In this document: one piece after another, positions 42,266 through 55,842 of the stretch | How the letters are laid out: each line of letters opens with the position of its first letter | Position numbering within the stretch: position 1 is the stretch's first letter | From: Candidatus Krumholzibacteriia bacterium | GTDB taxonomy: Bacteria > Krumholzibacteriota > Krumholzibacteriia > LZORAL124-64-63 | Reading direction: 5' to 3' | Assembly (NCBI GenBank): GCA_050174015.1 | Contig: JBFXKG010000001.1 | Span: forward strand, 1 to 64,000 | DNA length: 64,000 bases | Position numbers and translations under genes: made by a program | The notes under the pieces: model-generated | Databases searched by the model: none | Told to the model about the DNA's origin: nothing | What the model saw: only the letters and a program-made list of their open reading frames with translations

Positions 42266-42893
42266 GCCATCTCCTGGATAAGGGTTGATGATGAGCTTCA
42301 GATTGATATCCCGGGATCGCCAAGTCAACCTCCATGTGGTTGCCGCACCTGACACCCTGACACCAGAGGGCGCGTGCCGGATTCCTTGGGCCGTTCCCCT
42401 GACCCGCGGTCCGGCGTGGCGGGCACAAAACTTCACAAGATGAAGTTATCAGATGCAGCGGGTCCACTCGCGCGAAAGGCAAAATTCGGCTTGAAACCAG
42501 TCATTGAAGCACGAATTCCGCCATTTGAGCCCCCCGGGGGCACACTCCGCCTGGGGCAGGCGGCCTGTGACCCGCACGCCATGACCAGGTTCCCGGTGTG
42601 GAGAGCCTCAAATTTCATTGCATGAAGTCAGGTTGCCCGGGTCCCGCCAGCAGATCGATTCGCCCTCCGGAACAGAGGGGAGGGGGAGGGGTGGGAATGA
42701 GCGGGTCCGGGAGGGGATCGAATGACGAGAGGTCATCAAATTGGACCTGGATTTCATTTTTTTCGTATTCAGTATACAGATCACGAAACTCATTATTATA
42801 TGGGGATCACCCCCAGGATCGCAGGGATCGTGGGGGTGATCGCTCCGGGGGTGATCCCGGATCGGAGGCAGGCGATTCGTGCGCCCGCCATCC

Positions 42894-43517
42894 TTACCGG
42901 AACAGGCTCTTGACGGCGCCGAAGCTGCTCGCCTCGTCGGCCACCACTCCGCAGGTGGTCGTGTGGGATCCGAGGTGTGTGAAGTCGTCCTGGGCGAAGC
43001 CGTCGTAGTCGTCAGCGGGGTCGTAGGCGTCGCCGGTGTCGGTGTCGCCGGTGCAGGCATCGGCCTTGCGGACCAGGGTATGCTCGGCTGTGGTCACCGG
43101 CTCGGTGCCCCAGAACGTGCCCGGATCCTCGCCCAGCCGGCCGATGGAGTCGACCAGGACGTCGTCGAAGTACAGCAGCAGGCAGTCGTCCCCGTTGTAG
43201 AACGTGAAGGCGGAGTTGACGGTGTCGTCGGCCAGGGCGAGGAGCTCGGCAACCGCGCTGGCGTTGACGATGACCCAGACGTCTCCCGAGGCGAGCGTTC
43301 CTTCGAGGAGGGCGGTGTACCCGACGGTCAGCAACCCGTTGTTGTAGCGCTCGATGCGCACCCGGGACAGATCGAGGGTGACGTTGGTGGCGTTGTAGAT
43401 CTCGACGGCCTTGTTGTTGGAGGAGCCTTCCACGTATTCGGAGAAGTAGATGGGCGTCTGGGCGGATGCGGCCGCTGCGGCGGCCAGCACGAGAAGGATC
43501 GGGAACAAGGATTTCAT
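42894..43517 (-). CDS. Secreted lamin-tail-domain (LTD) protein with C-terminal SSFGAVKSLFR tail
   Basis: Signal peptide, YFSEYVEGSSNNKAVEIYN, NGDD, TLVRK, LGSH. No nuclease domain attached. Confidence 0.85.
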   Translation of the reverse strand: MKSLFPILLVLAAAAAASAQTPIYFSEYVEGSSNNKAVEIYNATNVTLDLSRVRIERYNNGLLTVGYTALLEGTLASGDVWVIVNASAVAELLALADDTVNSAFTFYNGDDCLLLYFDDVLVDSIGRLGEDPGTFWGTEPVTTAEHTLVRKADACTGDTDTGDAYDPADDYDGFAQDDFTHLGSHTTTCGVVADEASSFGAVKSLFR

Positions 43518-43743
43518 GAGGGAACCTCCGGGTTCGAGGATGCCGGCGGGCCGCGGCGGTGGGCCCTCTCTGCACGGCGTCAGGCATCCCACCCTACATG
43601 ATCCGGCGGGAGAATGGCAAAAAATCCGGGAATCATCCCGGCGTTGCGGATTCCGGTCCCCGTCTTTATCCTGCCGGATAAGCGATCGTTCAAGCCATCC
43701 GGCGCCCGGCGCCGGTTTCCGATGAGACAAAGGAGAGGGACCC

Positions 43744-44328
43744 ATGGCACACGTCCTGCCGGATCTTCCGTACGCCAAGAACGCTCTGGAACCCCACATC
43801 TCGGCCGAGACCCTGGAATTCCATCACGACAAGCATCATGCGGCCTACGTCAACAACCTGAACAACCTGATTCCCGGCACCGAGTTCGCAGACATGACCC
43901 TCGAGGACATCGTCCGCAATGCTCCGGCCGGGGGCATCTTCAACAACGCCGCCCAGGTCTGGAACCACACCTTCTACTTCAACGGCCTCAGCCCGGAGGG
44001 CGGGGGCGCGCCGAAGGGCGATCTGGCCAAGGCCATCGACGCGGCCTTCGGAGGGTTCGACGCCTTCAAGGAGAAGTTCAGCACCGCCGCCGCGACCAAC
44101 TTCGGCAGCGGCTGGACCTGGCTCGTGAAGAACAAGAACGGCAAGCTGGAGATCCTCAACACCGACGACGCCGGCTCCGCGCTCACGCATGACGTGACCC
44201 CCATCCTGACCATCGACGTCTGGGAGCACGCCTACTACATCGACAAGCGCAACGCCCGTCCGGCCTACATCACCGCGTGGTGGAACATCGTGAACTGGGA
44301 CTTCGCCGCGAAGAACTTCGGCGGCTGA
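43744..44328 (+). CDS. sodB: Fe superoxide dismutase
   Basis: LPDLPYAKNALEPHIS, HHDKHH, NNAAQVWNHTFY (Fe-type), DVWEHAYY. Confidence 0.95.
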   Translation: MAHVLPDLPYAKNALEPHISAETLEFHHDKHHAAYVNNLNNLIPGTEFADMTLEDIVRNAPAGGIFNNAAQVWNHTFYFNGLSPEGGGAPKGDLAKAIDAAFGGFDAFKEKFSTAAATNFGSGWTWLVKNKNGKLEILNTDDAGSALTHDVTPILTIDVWEHAYYIDKRNARPAYITAWWNIVNWDFAAKNFGG

Positions 44329-44338
44329 TCCGGGATCC

Positions 44339-45358
44339 TTACTCGACGACAGCGGCGGCGGCCTCGGGGCCGCCGCTTTTTTCGAGCCGGACGTCGTCGA
44401 TCTCCAGGACGACGGTGTCCCCCGGGCTGTTGAGGAAGACCGAGAAGGTGGAAACGTCGCGAAGGTCGAGGAACAGGTCGGTGTTGCGTCCGATCCGGTC
44501 GCGGATTGGCAGTTCGTAGTCGGTCCATTCCGCCGTGGCGTGATGGTAGGCCAGGACCGCCCCGTCGTCGTTCTTGCCCCGATCGTCGTCCACCTTGATG
44601 GTGAAACGGGCGACCCGGTCGTCCGGTCCGCGATGGCGGGCCCGGAGCACCAGCCGGTCGTAGCCGCGCCAGTCGTAGGGGAAGAAGGACATCCGCGCCC
44701 CCGGCCAGGTGCTCGGCGGCGCCCCGGTGATGCGCAGGACGAACGTGGGTCCGCCGGGTCCGTCCGGGATGGGCGGGAAACCCACGGTCCCGTCGCCCAC
44801 CCCGGTCCACATGCGGCCGAGGTGGGGGTTCTCGAAGTCCTCGAGGACCGGGAACAGGTCACGGTGGAATCGCCGCGCGCGGGCGTCGGCGGGCAGGTGA
44901 CGCATCTCCCAGGGCAGGTAGAGGGCGCACAGGACCATGAGCGGCAGCCCCCAGCGCCGCCCCAGCCCCTTCCACGACACGAATCCCACGACGATGCCGG
45001 TGCCCACCATGTCCAGGACGACGTCGCCCCAGTAGGCCGAACGTCCCACCAGGAGCTGCGCGAACTCGATCGCCACTCCCATCAGCGAGGCGGCGAGCGC
45101 CGACCACCAGACGCGACCGCGCAGGGGGCCGGCCCAGTAGAGGACCAGGGTGATGGCGCCCAGCAGCAGCACGTGCAGCTGGTCGCCCAGCGGGCCGATC
45201 ACCGGGTGCTTGCGCAACTCGACCGGGATGGTGAGGAAGAAAGGCAGCAACAGCAGCACGCCCAGCAGGACCCAGGTCTGCCAGCGGGTGATGAAGCGGG
45301 GAGGAGGGATGGCCGGTTCGCGTTTCCGCGCCGCGGGCCTGATCCCGAAACCAGCCAT
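44339..45358 (-). CDS. VanZ-like membrane domain fused to a periplasmic carbohydrate-binding (CBM11/CIA30-like) domain
   Basis: H..LLG...IEFAQLLVGRSAYWGDVVLD; C-terminal LEDFE, DWRGYDRL, LEIDDVRL. Confidence 0.7.
   Translation of the reverse strand: MAGFGIRPAARKREPAIPPPRFITRWQTWVLLGVLLLLPFFLTIPVELRKHPVIGPLGDQLHVLLLGAITLVLYWAGPLRGRVWWSALAASLMGVAIEFAQLLVGRSAYWGDVVLDMVGTGIVVGFVSWKGLGRRWGLPLMVLCALYLPWEMRHLPADARARRFHRDLFPVLEDFENPHLGRMWTGVGDGTVGFPPIPDGPGGPTFVLRITGAPPSTWPGARMSFFPYDWRGYDRLVLRARHRGPDDRVARFTIKVDDDRGKNDDGAVLAYHHATAEWTDYELPIRDRIGRNTDLFLDLRDVSTFSVFLNSPGDTVVLEIDDVRLEKSGGPEAAAAVVE
44355..44382 (+). terminator. Rho-independent terminator after sodB
   Basis: GCGGCGGCC-TCGG-GGCCGCCGC-TTTTTT, embedded in the 3' end of the convergent gene. 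Confidence 0.8.
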
Positions 45359-45573
45359 GGGGATGCTCCGGCGGCTGCAGGTCGGATCGGGGTTGTCCGG
45401 CCGGAATCCGGCCGGGCCCCATTGTACGCCGACCTGCACGGGCCTGCCAGACAAAGTGGAAGCCCCAGGATGATCCGGCCGGGGTCGGACCGCAGCCAGG
45501 CCGCGGGGATCCCTTCACCCGTGTTCGCCTTCGCCCTGTGCAGGACCGGCGGACGGAGCTTCTTGTGAGTAAC

Positions 45574-49186
<3,613 letters not shown>

Positions 49187-49237
49187 TCATTATATTGTCA
49201 AAAACGCCCGGGGATCCTACGGAAAGCTGATTGCGCG

Positions 49238-49594
49238 ATGTGTCCAACCCGAGCGACGGTGCTCTATGACGGCGACTGCCGCTTCTGCAAGCGGGCCATT
49301 GCCCTGATCGAGCGCCACGACCAGGCCGGTCGGTTCCGCTGCCTGCCTCTCGATGCGGCGGAGGCCGCTCCGCTGCTGGCGGCGGCCGGCGGGGATTGTG
49401 AAACGCTTCACCTGCTGGACGGCGCCGGCCATCATGAGCGTTCGACGGCCGTTCTGCGCATTGCGCGGGATCTGGGCCGGCCCTGGTCCCTGCTGTGGTG
49501 GCTGCGCCTCGTGCCGCGCCGTCTGCGTGACGCCGCGTACGGGGCCGTCGCCCGCCGGCGCCGATGTATCCCCTTGCGTGATCCGCAGGCCTGA
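49238..49594 (+). CDS. DCC1-like thiol-disulfide oxidoreductase (DUF393)
   Basis: [29 protein letters not shown]. Confidence 0.82.
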   Translation: MCPTRATVLYDGDCRFCKRAIALIERHDQAGRFRCLPLDAAEAAPLLAAAGGDCETLHLLDGAGHHERSTAVLRIARDLGRPWSLLWWLRLVPRRLRDAAYGAVARRRRCIPLRDPQA

Positions 49595-49623
49595 TCCTCG
49601 CCGCCATCGCGCGCGTCTTCCGG

Positions 49624-50013
49624 TCACTTCCGATCCAGGCTCGCAACGCCGGCGCCCCGACAGGCGATGTACAGGAACAGGAAAGCGTACACGACGGCCA
49701 GCTCCCCCTTGTTGACGGCGGGCCAGAAGGCCCCGTCAAAGGCGAATTTCCAGTGGAACTGCAGATAGGCCACCGCCATCGTGCCGCTGGCCAGAAAGGC
49801 AGCCCAGACGGTCAGGAAACCGACGGCGATCAGCAATCCGGTGACGATCTCGATCACGCCCCCGATCCAGAGCTGGGAACCGACCGGCGGCTGATGCTCC
49901 GTCAGGACGCCGAAGATCTTTTGCATGCCATGGAAGGCGAAGAGCAATCCCGCGACGATCCGCAGGGCGGCGTAGACGGCGTCGGATCGGGGTGAGAGCA
50001 GTTTGTTCAGCAT
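49624..50013 (-). CDS. DoxX-family membrane protein
   Basis: [42 protein letters not shown]. Confidence 0.9.
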   Translation of the reverse strand: MLNKLLSPRSDAVYAALRIVAGLLFAFHGMQKIFGVLTEHQPPVGSQLWIGGVIEIVTGLLIAVGFLTVWAAFLASGTMAVAYLQFHWKFAFDGAFWPAVNKGELAVVYAFLFLYIACRGAGVASLDRK

Positions 50014-50071
50014 TGCGATCTCCTTTTCGTCGCGTGACCGTACACAATGTCCGCTCCCGGTGGACGGTCCG

Positions 50072-51298
50072 CTACCCGAAGAACAGGTAGCTGACGACGA
50101 TCGCCGCGATCACACCCGCCAGGTCGGCCGTCAGCCCGCAGACCACGGCGTGCCGCGTCCGGCGGATCCCCACCGACCCGAAGTACACCGCCAGCACGTA
50201 GAACGTGGTCTCGGTGCTGCCCTGGATCACGCTGGCCAGGCGGCCGGCGAAGGAATCGGCGCCGTGGGCGGTCATGGTCTCGATCATCATCCCGCGGGCC
50301 CCGCTGCCCGAAAGCGGCTTCATCAGGGCCGTCGGCAGGCCGTCGACCCAGCGGGCGTCCCCCCCGAGGGTCCCCACGGCGCCGCGTACCCCGTCCAGGA
50401 TGAAATCGAGGGCGCCGCTGGCCCGGAACACTCCGATGGCCACCAGCATGGCCACAAGGTAGGGGATGATGCCGACGGCGACCTTGAACCCGTCCTTGGC
50501 GCCCTCGACGAAGGTGTCGTAGAGGTCGATCCTGCGGCGGACGGCCCCCAGCATGAAGGCGATGATGATCCCGAAGACCAGCACGTTTGCCAGGACCGAG
50601 GACTGGGTTTCCAGGGCGGCCTGATCCAGCCGGGCGAAGTAGGCGACGAGCGCGGCGATCACCGCGGTCATCGTACCGAGATAGGCCAGGATCACCGGCT
50701 GCAGCAGGTTCAGCTTCTGCCAAATCGAAGTCACGATCAGGCCGGCCAGCGTGCTGCAGTAGGTGGCGATGAGGATGGGCAGGAAGATGTCCGTGGGATC
50801 GGCGGCGCCGAGCTGGGCCCTGAAGGTGAAGATCGTCACCGGGACGATGGTCACGGCCGAGGTGTTGATCACCAGGAACAGGATCATGTCGTCGCTGGCC
50901 GTGTCCTTGTCCGGATTCAACTCCTGCAGTTCCTGCATCGCCTTCAGGCCCAGGGGCGTGGCGGCGTTGTCCAGTCCCAGCATGTTGGCGGCCATGTTCA
51001 TCACGATGCTGGATCCGGCGGGGTGGCCGGCGGGCACCCCGGGGAACAACCGCCGCAGGAGGGGGCCGAACAGGCGGGCCAGGAAGTCCACGGCTCCGCC
51101 CTTCTCCCCGATGCGCATGATGCCCAGCCACAGGCACATCACGCCGGTCAGGCCGAGGGCGATCTCGAACCCCGTCCTGGCCATGTCGAAGGTGGAGCCG
51201 ACCATGTCCGCCCACACGCCGGCGTGCCCCGCGAAGCTCCGGCCCACGGCGGCGAGGAAGGCGGCGAGGAAGAAGAAGGTCCAGATCCGGTTGAGCAT
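50072..51298 (-). CDS. Fused SpmA/SpmB (nucleoside-recognition gate) membrane protein
   Basis: MLNRIW, ANMLGLDNAATPLGLKAM, KPLSGSGA, GSTETTFYVLAVYFGSVG. Confidence 0.9.
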   Translation of the reverse strand: MLNRIWTFFFLAAFLAAVGRSFAGHAGVWADMVGSTFDMARTGFEIALGLTGVMCLWLGIMRIGEKGGAVDFLARLFGPLLRRLFPGVPAGHPAGSSIVMNMAANMLGLDNAATPLGLKAMQELQELNPDKDTASDDMILFLVINTSAVTIVPVTIFTFRAQLGAADPTDIFLPILIATYCSTLAGLIVTSIWQKLNLLQPVILAYLGTMTAVIAALVAYFARLDQAALETQSSVLANVLVFGIIIAFMLGAVRRRIDLYDTFVEGAKDGFKVAVGIIPYLVAMLVAIGVFRASGALDFILDGVRGAVGTLGGDARWVDGLPTALMKPLSGSGARGMMIETMTAHGADSFAGRLASVIQGSTETTFYVLAVYFGSVGIRRTRHAVVCGLTADLAGVIAAIVVSYLFFG

Positions 51299-51423
51299 CA
51301 CGACTCCGGTTGGCGGTGGCTGATCGTCTCCAGGTCCTTTACGATGTCGCCATCGGTGGGGAGCATATCCTCGCCGGCAGGACCTGTCACCCATATCATC
51401 CGGCAGCCCCGAAAGGACCTCCC

Positions 51424-52263
51424 GTGGCGAACCTGTGGTCCGGCACCCTCAAGAAGATGCGCGTGGAGGCCGCGGAGCCCGTGGACTACTTCCTCAGCGA
51501 CGGCTGGTGGCAGGAAGGCGAACGGGTTCCAGACCACCACCTCAATCCGCACCTCGGCTCCCGCCTGGAGATCCGGTTCACCGGGGACATCCACTGCACC
51601 GCCTGCGGTCGGGCCACGAAGAAGACCTTCGGCCAGGGGTTCTGCTTCCCCTGCTCGCAGTCCCGGGCCGAGGCCGACATCTGCATCGTCCGTCCTGAGC
51701 TCTGCCACCACGGGGACCCCGGCAACCCCTGCCGCGAGGAGGATTTCGCCCAGCGGGAATGCTTCCAGCCGCACTATCTCTACGTCTCGCTCACCTCGGG
51801 GGTGAAGGTGGGGATCACGCGCGGGAAGAACGTCCCTTCGCGCTGGATCGATCAGGGCGCCGTGGCGGCGATCCCGGTGGCGGTCCTGCCGGATCGGCGC
51901 ACGGTGGGGCTCCTGGAGAAGCGCCTCAGCGACGCCGGATTCGCCGACAAGACCCACTGGACCCGGATGCTCAAGGGCGACCCGGACCCGCAGTTCGATC
52001 TGGCGGCGACGGCCGGCGAGGTCGTCGCCAGACTCACCGAGTGGGGGATCGAGGGCATCCTCGGCGAACTCGAGCGCATCGAATACCGGTTCGCCTATCC
52101 GGTCCTGACCTGGCCGGACAAGGTCACCAGCTTCAATCTGGACAAGGACCCCAGCGCCGGCGGGATCCTCCAGGGCATCAAGGGGCAGTACCTGATGTTC
52201 GATGCGGGGGTCATCAACCTCAGGAAGTACACGGGGTACAAGGTGGACGTGATGGTGGGGTGA
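51424..52263 (+). CDS. DUF2797-family protein
   Basis: CTACGRATKKTFGQGFCFPC, CIVRPELCH, KVGITR...RWIDQGA, GIKGQYL. Confidence 0.82.
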   Translation: MANLWSGTLKKMRVEAAEPVDYFLSDGWWQEGERVPDHHLNPHLGSRLEIRFTGDIHCTACGRATKKTFGQGFCFPCSQSRAEADICIVRPELCHHGDPGNPCREEDFAQRECFQPHYLYVSLTSGVKVGITRGKNVPSRWIDQGAVAAIPVAVLPDRRTVGLLEKRLSDAGFADKTHWTRMLKGDPDPQFDLAATAGEVVARLTEWGIEGILGELERIEYRFAYPVLTWPDKVTSFNLDKDPSAGGILQGIKGQYLMFDAGVINLRKYTGYKVDVMVG

Positions 52264-52372
52264 GGGACATCCGCCCTTCCGTATCCGGGTGGCGGAATTC
52301 TTCTTGCATTTTGAATTGCAATTTGTAAAAATAATATCCCATCAGATTCCTGGGCAATAAAGGGGGACCCTC

Positions 52373-53074
52373 ATGATGTTCCTTACAAGACTCATCCTGG
52401 CCGGCACCCTGGGCCTCGTGGCCGGCAACGCTTCGGCACTCAACATCCTTCTCGCCGATGGAGCGCCCCATCTCGGATATCCGGATGTGGCCCCCCGCCT
52501 CGTGGGCTTGGGGCACACCGTCATTCCAGGAGACCCGCTCACCTGGGACGCCGCCTTCGATTACGCGCCCTATGACGTGGTGGCTTTCCAGTACGATTCG
52601 AAGAATCCCGCCGACCTGGCCCACCTGACAGCTGCGCTGGATTCCGGGCAGATCGGGGTCGTCTTCTTCCGGGCGTTCGGGCACAACGCGACCGTGATCG
52701 GCCTGGGACTGATGACCACCACCGAGGAAGCCTGGCAATCGCCCACCGATCTGACCGTAACGGACAACACCCATCCCATCACCTCGTTCCTGCCCCTGGG
52801 AACGGTGAACCTGGGGTTTACCTACATGGGCTGGTATCTGACCCCGGCGCCCGATGCGTCCGTCCTTGCGACCGGCCCCTCGGGTCCCGCCCTGATCGTT
52901 CACGACACCCGGCGAGCGGTGTTGGTGCCGTACTTCGGTCATGCGGTCAACCACGAAGCGGAGAACGAGACCGGGCTGACCCTCACCCAGAACGCCTTGC
53001 TATGGGCTGCGAACAGCGGTTCGGTCCCTGACGAGGTTTCCTCGTTCGGATCGGTGAAGAGCCTGTTCCGCTGA
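52373..53074 (+). CDS. Secreted hypothetical protein (GATase-like fold suspected) with C-terminal SSFGSVKSLFR tail
   Basis: Signal peptide ending ASA-L, HPIT, NALLWA; ends VPDEVSSFGSVKSLFR. Confidence 0.75.
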   Translation: MMFLTRLILAGTLGLVAGNASALNILLADGAPHLGYPDVAPRLVGLGHTVIPGDPLTWDAAFDYAPYDVVAFQYDSKNPADLAHLTAALDSGQIGVVFFRAFGHNATVIGLGLMTTTEEAWQSPTDLTVTDNTHPITSFLPLGTVNLGFTYMGWYLTPAPDASVLATGPSGPALIVHDTRRAVLVPYFGHAVNHEAENETGLTLTQNALLWAANSGSVPDEVSSFGSVKSLFR

Positions 53075-53136
53075 AGTCGGGGAAGGATGGGGCTCCGCCG
53101 AGGTGGGGCCCTTCCTTTCAGGCCGCTTGCCGATTC

Positions 53137-53754
53137 TCAGTCCTTCAGCTCCACCGTCACGTCCCTGCCGATGAGCTCGGCGAAAGCCATCTTCCCGATT
53201 CCCATGGCCTCGCCGCGCGCGTACGCCGCCGAAACGTCCATCCCATGGTGCCGCACGAGGTAGGCCGCCCACATGTGGCTGGCGCGCCATCCCACGGTGC
53301 AGTGGACGAGGATGGTCCCTGGATGGGCGGCGACGACGGCCGCGAACGAATCCACCGCGGCGGGCGTGTAGGGGTACTCGTCGCCTCCGAGGGGAATGGA
53401 CACGTAGACCAGTCCCAGGCTGTCCGCCAGAGCAGGTTCGTCGAAGGGAACCCGATCGCGGTTCCCGACCTCGACGGGTGTCCGCAGGTTGATCACCGCC
53501 GTCAGGCCCCTCGACGGCATCTCCAGCATGGCGTCCCGGCGGGGCTGACCAGAGATCAGGACCCGGCCTTCCCGGTGGATCCCCCCGGTAAACCCGCTCC
53601 AGTCCCCGACGGTGTCGGGGACGGCGGCCAGGTGATGGCCGACGGATTCCAGGCTGGAGGGTAGGAGGGGGGCCGTCTGCAGGTGAGGACGCTGGCCGCA
53701 TCCTGCCGACAGCAATGCGCCCGCGAAGCCGAGGATCAGCAGCATTCTTCTCAT
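53137..53754 (-). CDS. Lipoprotein with DSP/PTP-like (DUF442/Blh) CX5R domain
   Basis: Lipobox LSAG-C, ISGQP, VINLR, HCTVGWRAS. Confidence 0.8.
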   Translation of the reverse strand: MRRMLLILGFAGALLSAGCGQRPHLQTAPLLPSSLESVGHHLAAVPDTVGDWSGFTGGIHREGRVLISGQPRRDAMLEMPSRGLTAVINLRTPVEVGNRDRVPFDEPALADSLGLVYVSIPLGGDEYPYTPAAVDSFAAVVAAHPGTILVHCTVGWRASHMWAAYLVRHHGMDVSAAYARGEAMGIGKMAFAELIGRDVTVELKD

Positions 53755-53895
53755 CACGGTCCTTTCGGGGTCGATGGTCGGCGCCGGAAATCCAGGGATC
53801 CCCTGTAATCTTCCAAAATCCCACCAAATTGGTCTAATATGGACATGGCTGAATCGCCACCGGTCCGATCCTGGCCAACCCGAAGGGAGAATACC

Positions 53896-55653
53896 ATGAA
53901 ACCAGGTACCTTGACTCTCGGTCTTCTATTCCTGGCGGCGACCGGGGTCGCCTTGGCCCAGGACCCTCCGGTCGATCCCGGGGAGTTCGGGGACGCGCCC
54001 GAGGGGGCCATCGCCTACCCCGGCCTGGGAGTGGGCGGGCTGTTCCCCACCTGCAAGGGCGGGCCCGCCGGCTTCGTCTTCCACGCCAACCTGGCACCCC
54101 TGGCCTGGTTCGGACCGACCATGGAAACCGAGATGGACGGCAACGCCGGATTCTGCCCCCCGCCGCCCTACGAGATGGACGAGTGCTGGGGTCCTGCCGA
54201 CGGCGACGGCGGCCTGGTGAACGTCACCACCTACAGCATCGTCAACAACCAGGTGACGGTCTGCGGCCAGCAGATCCCCGACCCGCTCGGCCCTCCCTGC
54301 ACCGTCGTCCAGTGGGGAGCCGCCATGGACGCCCGGGTCACCAACTTCTCGGGCAACGACGCCCTGATCAACGTCCTGATCGACTGGGATCAGGACGGAC
54401 GCTGGGGCGGACAATCCCTGTGTCCGGGGGGGAAGACCATCCCCGAGCACGTGGTCTGGAACCTGCCCGTTCCCGACGGCTACAGCGGCCTGCTATCCGG
54501 GCTGAGCCCCGGACCCATCGAGATCGGCCCCAACCCGGGCTACGTGTGGATGCGCCTGTCCATCGGCGATCCCATCCCCATGCCCCTGGACTGGGACGGG
54601 AGTTTCTTCTTCGACACGGGCGAAACCGAGGACTACCTGATCGAGATCGGCGACGCGCCGGACCTCGGTGCGGGTGAACTCGGCGATGCGCCCGAAGGTG
54701 TCCTCGCCTATCCAGGCGGCGTGCTCGGGGCCTTCCCCACCTGCATCGGGACCGGTCCGGCCGACACCTACATCTTCCACCGCGCGCCGATCTCCAGCCA
54801 CTTCGGCCCCGACGTGGACCTGGAAGGCGAGGGCAACCACGACCTGTGCAGCTTCACCACCTACGAGAACGACGAGTGCCACGGCAAGGATGGGGACGGC
54901 GGCCTCATCACCCCCGCCTCGTACACCATGGTGGGCCCCGCGCCGGTCGTCTGTTCCATCGGGCCCAAGGCGTCCCTCGGCCCCAACTGCGGCCTGGGCG
55001 TCTGGGGCGGGGATCTGGACATCCTCATCGACAACAGCGGGGGCCCGGACATGTTCTTCAACGCCCTGGGCGACTGGAGCGGGGACGGGGCCTGGAGCGG
55101 GACCTTCACCTGCTCGGCGGGATTCACGGAGAACGAGCACTTCGCCGTCGACGTGGTGGTTCCGGGCGGGTTCGTGGGGCCGGCCTCCACCCTGACCGGA
55201 CCGAACTTCGCCGTCGCCAGCGACGGGGGCTACCACTGGTTCCGGTTCAGCCTGACGGACATTCCGGTGGGCCAGAACTGGGAAGGCAAGGGCATCTTCG
55301 GGGATGGAGAGACCGAGGACTACCTCCTGTGGGTCGCCCAGCCTACCGGCACGCCCGAGATCCCGGAGCGTGGGGCGGGTCTCGACCTCCTGCCGAACGC
55401 TCCCAATCCGTTCAATCCGTCCACCGAGATCCGGTTCAGCCTGGCCCGGTCGGGTCCGGTGACGGTCACGATTCACGACCTGGCCGGCCGTTTGGTCAGG
55501 ACCCTGGAGCAGGGCGTCCGTGAATCCGGCGAGCATCGGATCGTCTGGCACGGGGAAGACGATGGTGGCCGCCGGCAACCCTCGGGAGTGTTCTTCGTGC
55601 GGGTGGTTTCGGGTGACGAGGTCAGATCGCGCAAGATCATGATGCTCAAGTAA
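53896..55653 (+). CDS. Secreted protein with two GEVED-like repeats and FlgD-Ig C-terminal domain
   Basis: Signal peptide, two ~245-aa homologous halves (GE.GDAPEG..AYPG...FPTC...GETEDY), PNPFNP...SGVF. Confidence 0.82.
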   Translation: MKPGTLTLGLLFLAATGVALAQDPPVDPGEFGDAPEGAIAYPGLGVGGLFPTCKGGPAGFVFHANLAPLAWFGPTMETEMDGNAGFCPPPPYEMDECWGPADGDGGLVNVTTYSIVNNQVTVCGQQIPDPLGPPCTVVQWGAAMDARVTNFSGNDALINVLIDWDQDGRWGGQSLCPGGKTIPEHVVWNLPVPDGYSGLLSGLSPGPIEIGPNPGYVWMRLSIGDPIPMPLDWDGSFFFDTGETEDYLIEIGDAPDLGAGELGDAPEGVLAYPGGVLGAFPTCIGTGPADTYIFHRAPISSHFGPDVDLEGEGNHDLCSFTTYENDECHGKDGDGGLITPASYTMVGPAPVVCSIGPKASLGPNCGLGVWGGDLDILIDNSGGPDMFFNALGDWSGDGAWSGTFTCSAGFTENEHFAVDVVVPGGFVGPASTLTGPNFAVASDGGYHWFRFSLTDIPVGQNWEGKGIFGDGETEDYLLWVAQPTGTPEIPERGAGLDLLPNAPNPFNPSTEIRFSLARSGPVTVTIHDLAGRLVRTLEQGVRESGEHRIVWHGEDDGGRRQPSGVFFVRVVSGDEVRSRKIMMLK

Positions 55654-55842
55654 ATGGCCTGCACAGACGGCCCTGTTCCGGCCCGGTCGTCCCCCCCTGG
55701 CGACCGGGCCCAGACTAAATAAGACCGAATTTGTTGACTTTTGTCACCTGAACCCGTACGATCAGGAGGATCAAGTTTTTGATTCCATCACATGAGTATG
55801 AAGTCCTGTTCGCCCATTTCATCGGAACAAGGGGGTTCTCTG

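Noticed and set aside
42266..42720. Riboswitch or small ORF in the long aminotransferase leader
   Set aside because: No recognisable aptamer consensus, and the short ORFs lack RBS or motif support.
42720..42865. Possible replication origin (AT-rich tract plus GATC cluster)
   Set aside because: No DnaA boxes (TTATCCACA-like) or oriC-linked genes were seen; kept only as an unexplained element.
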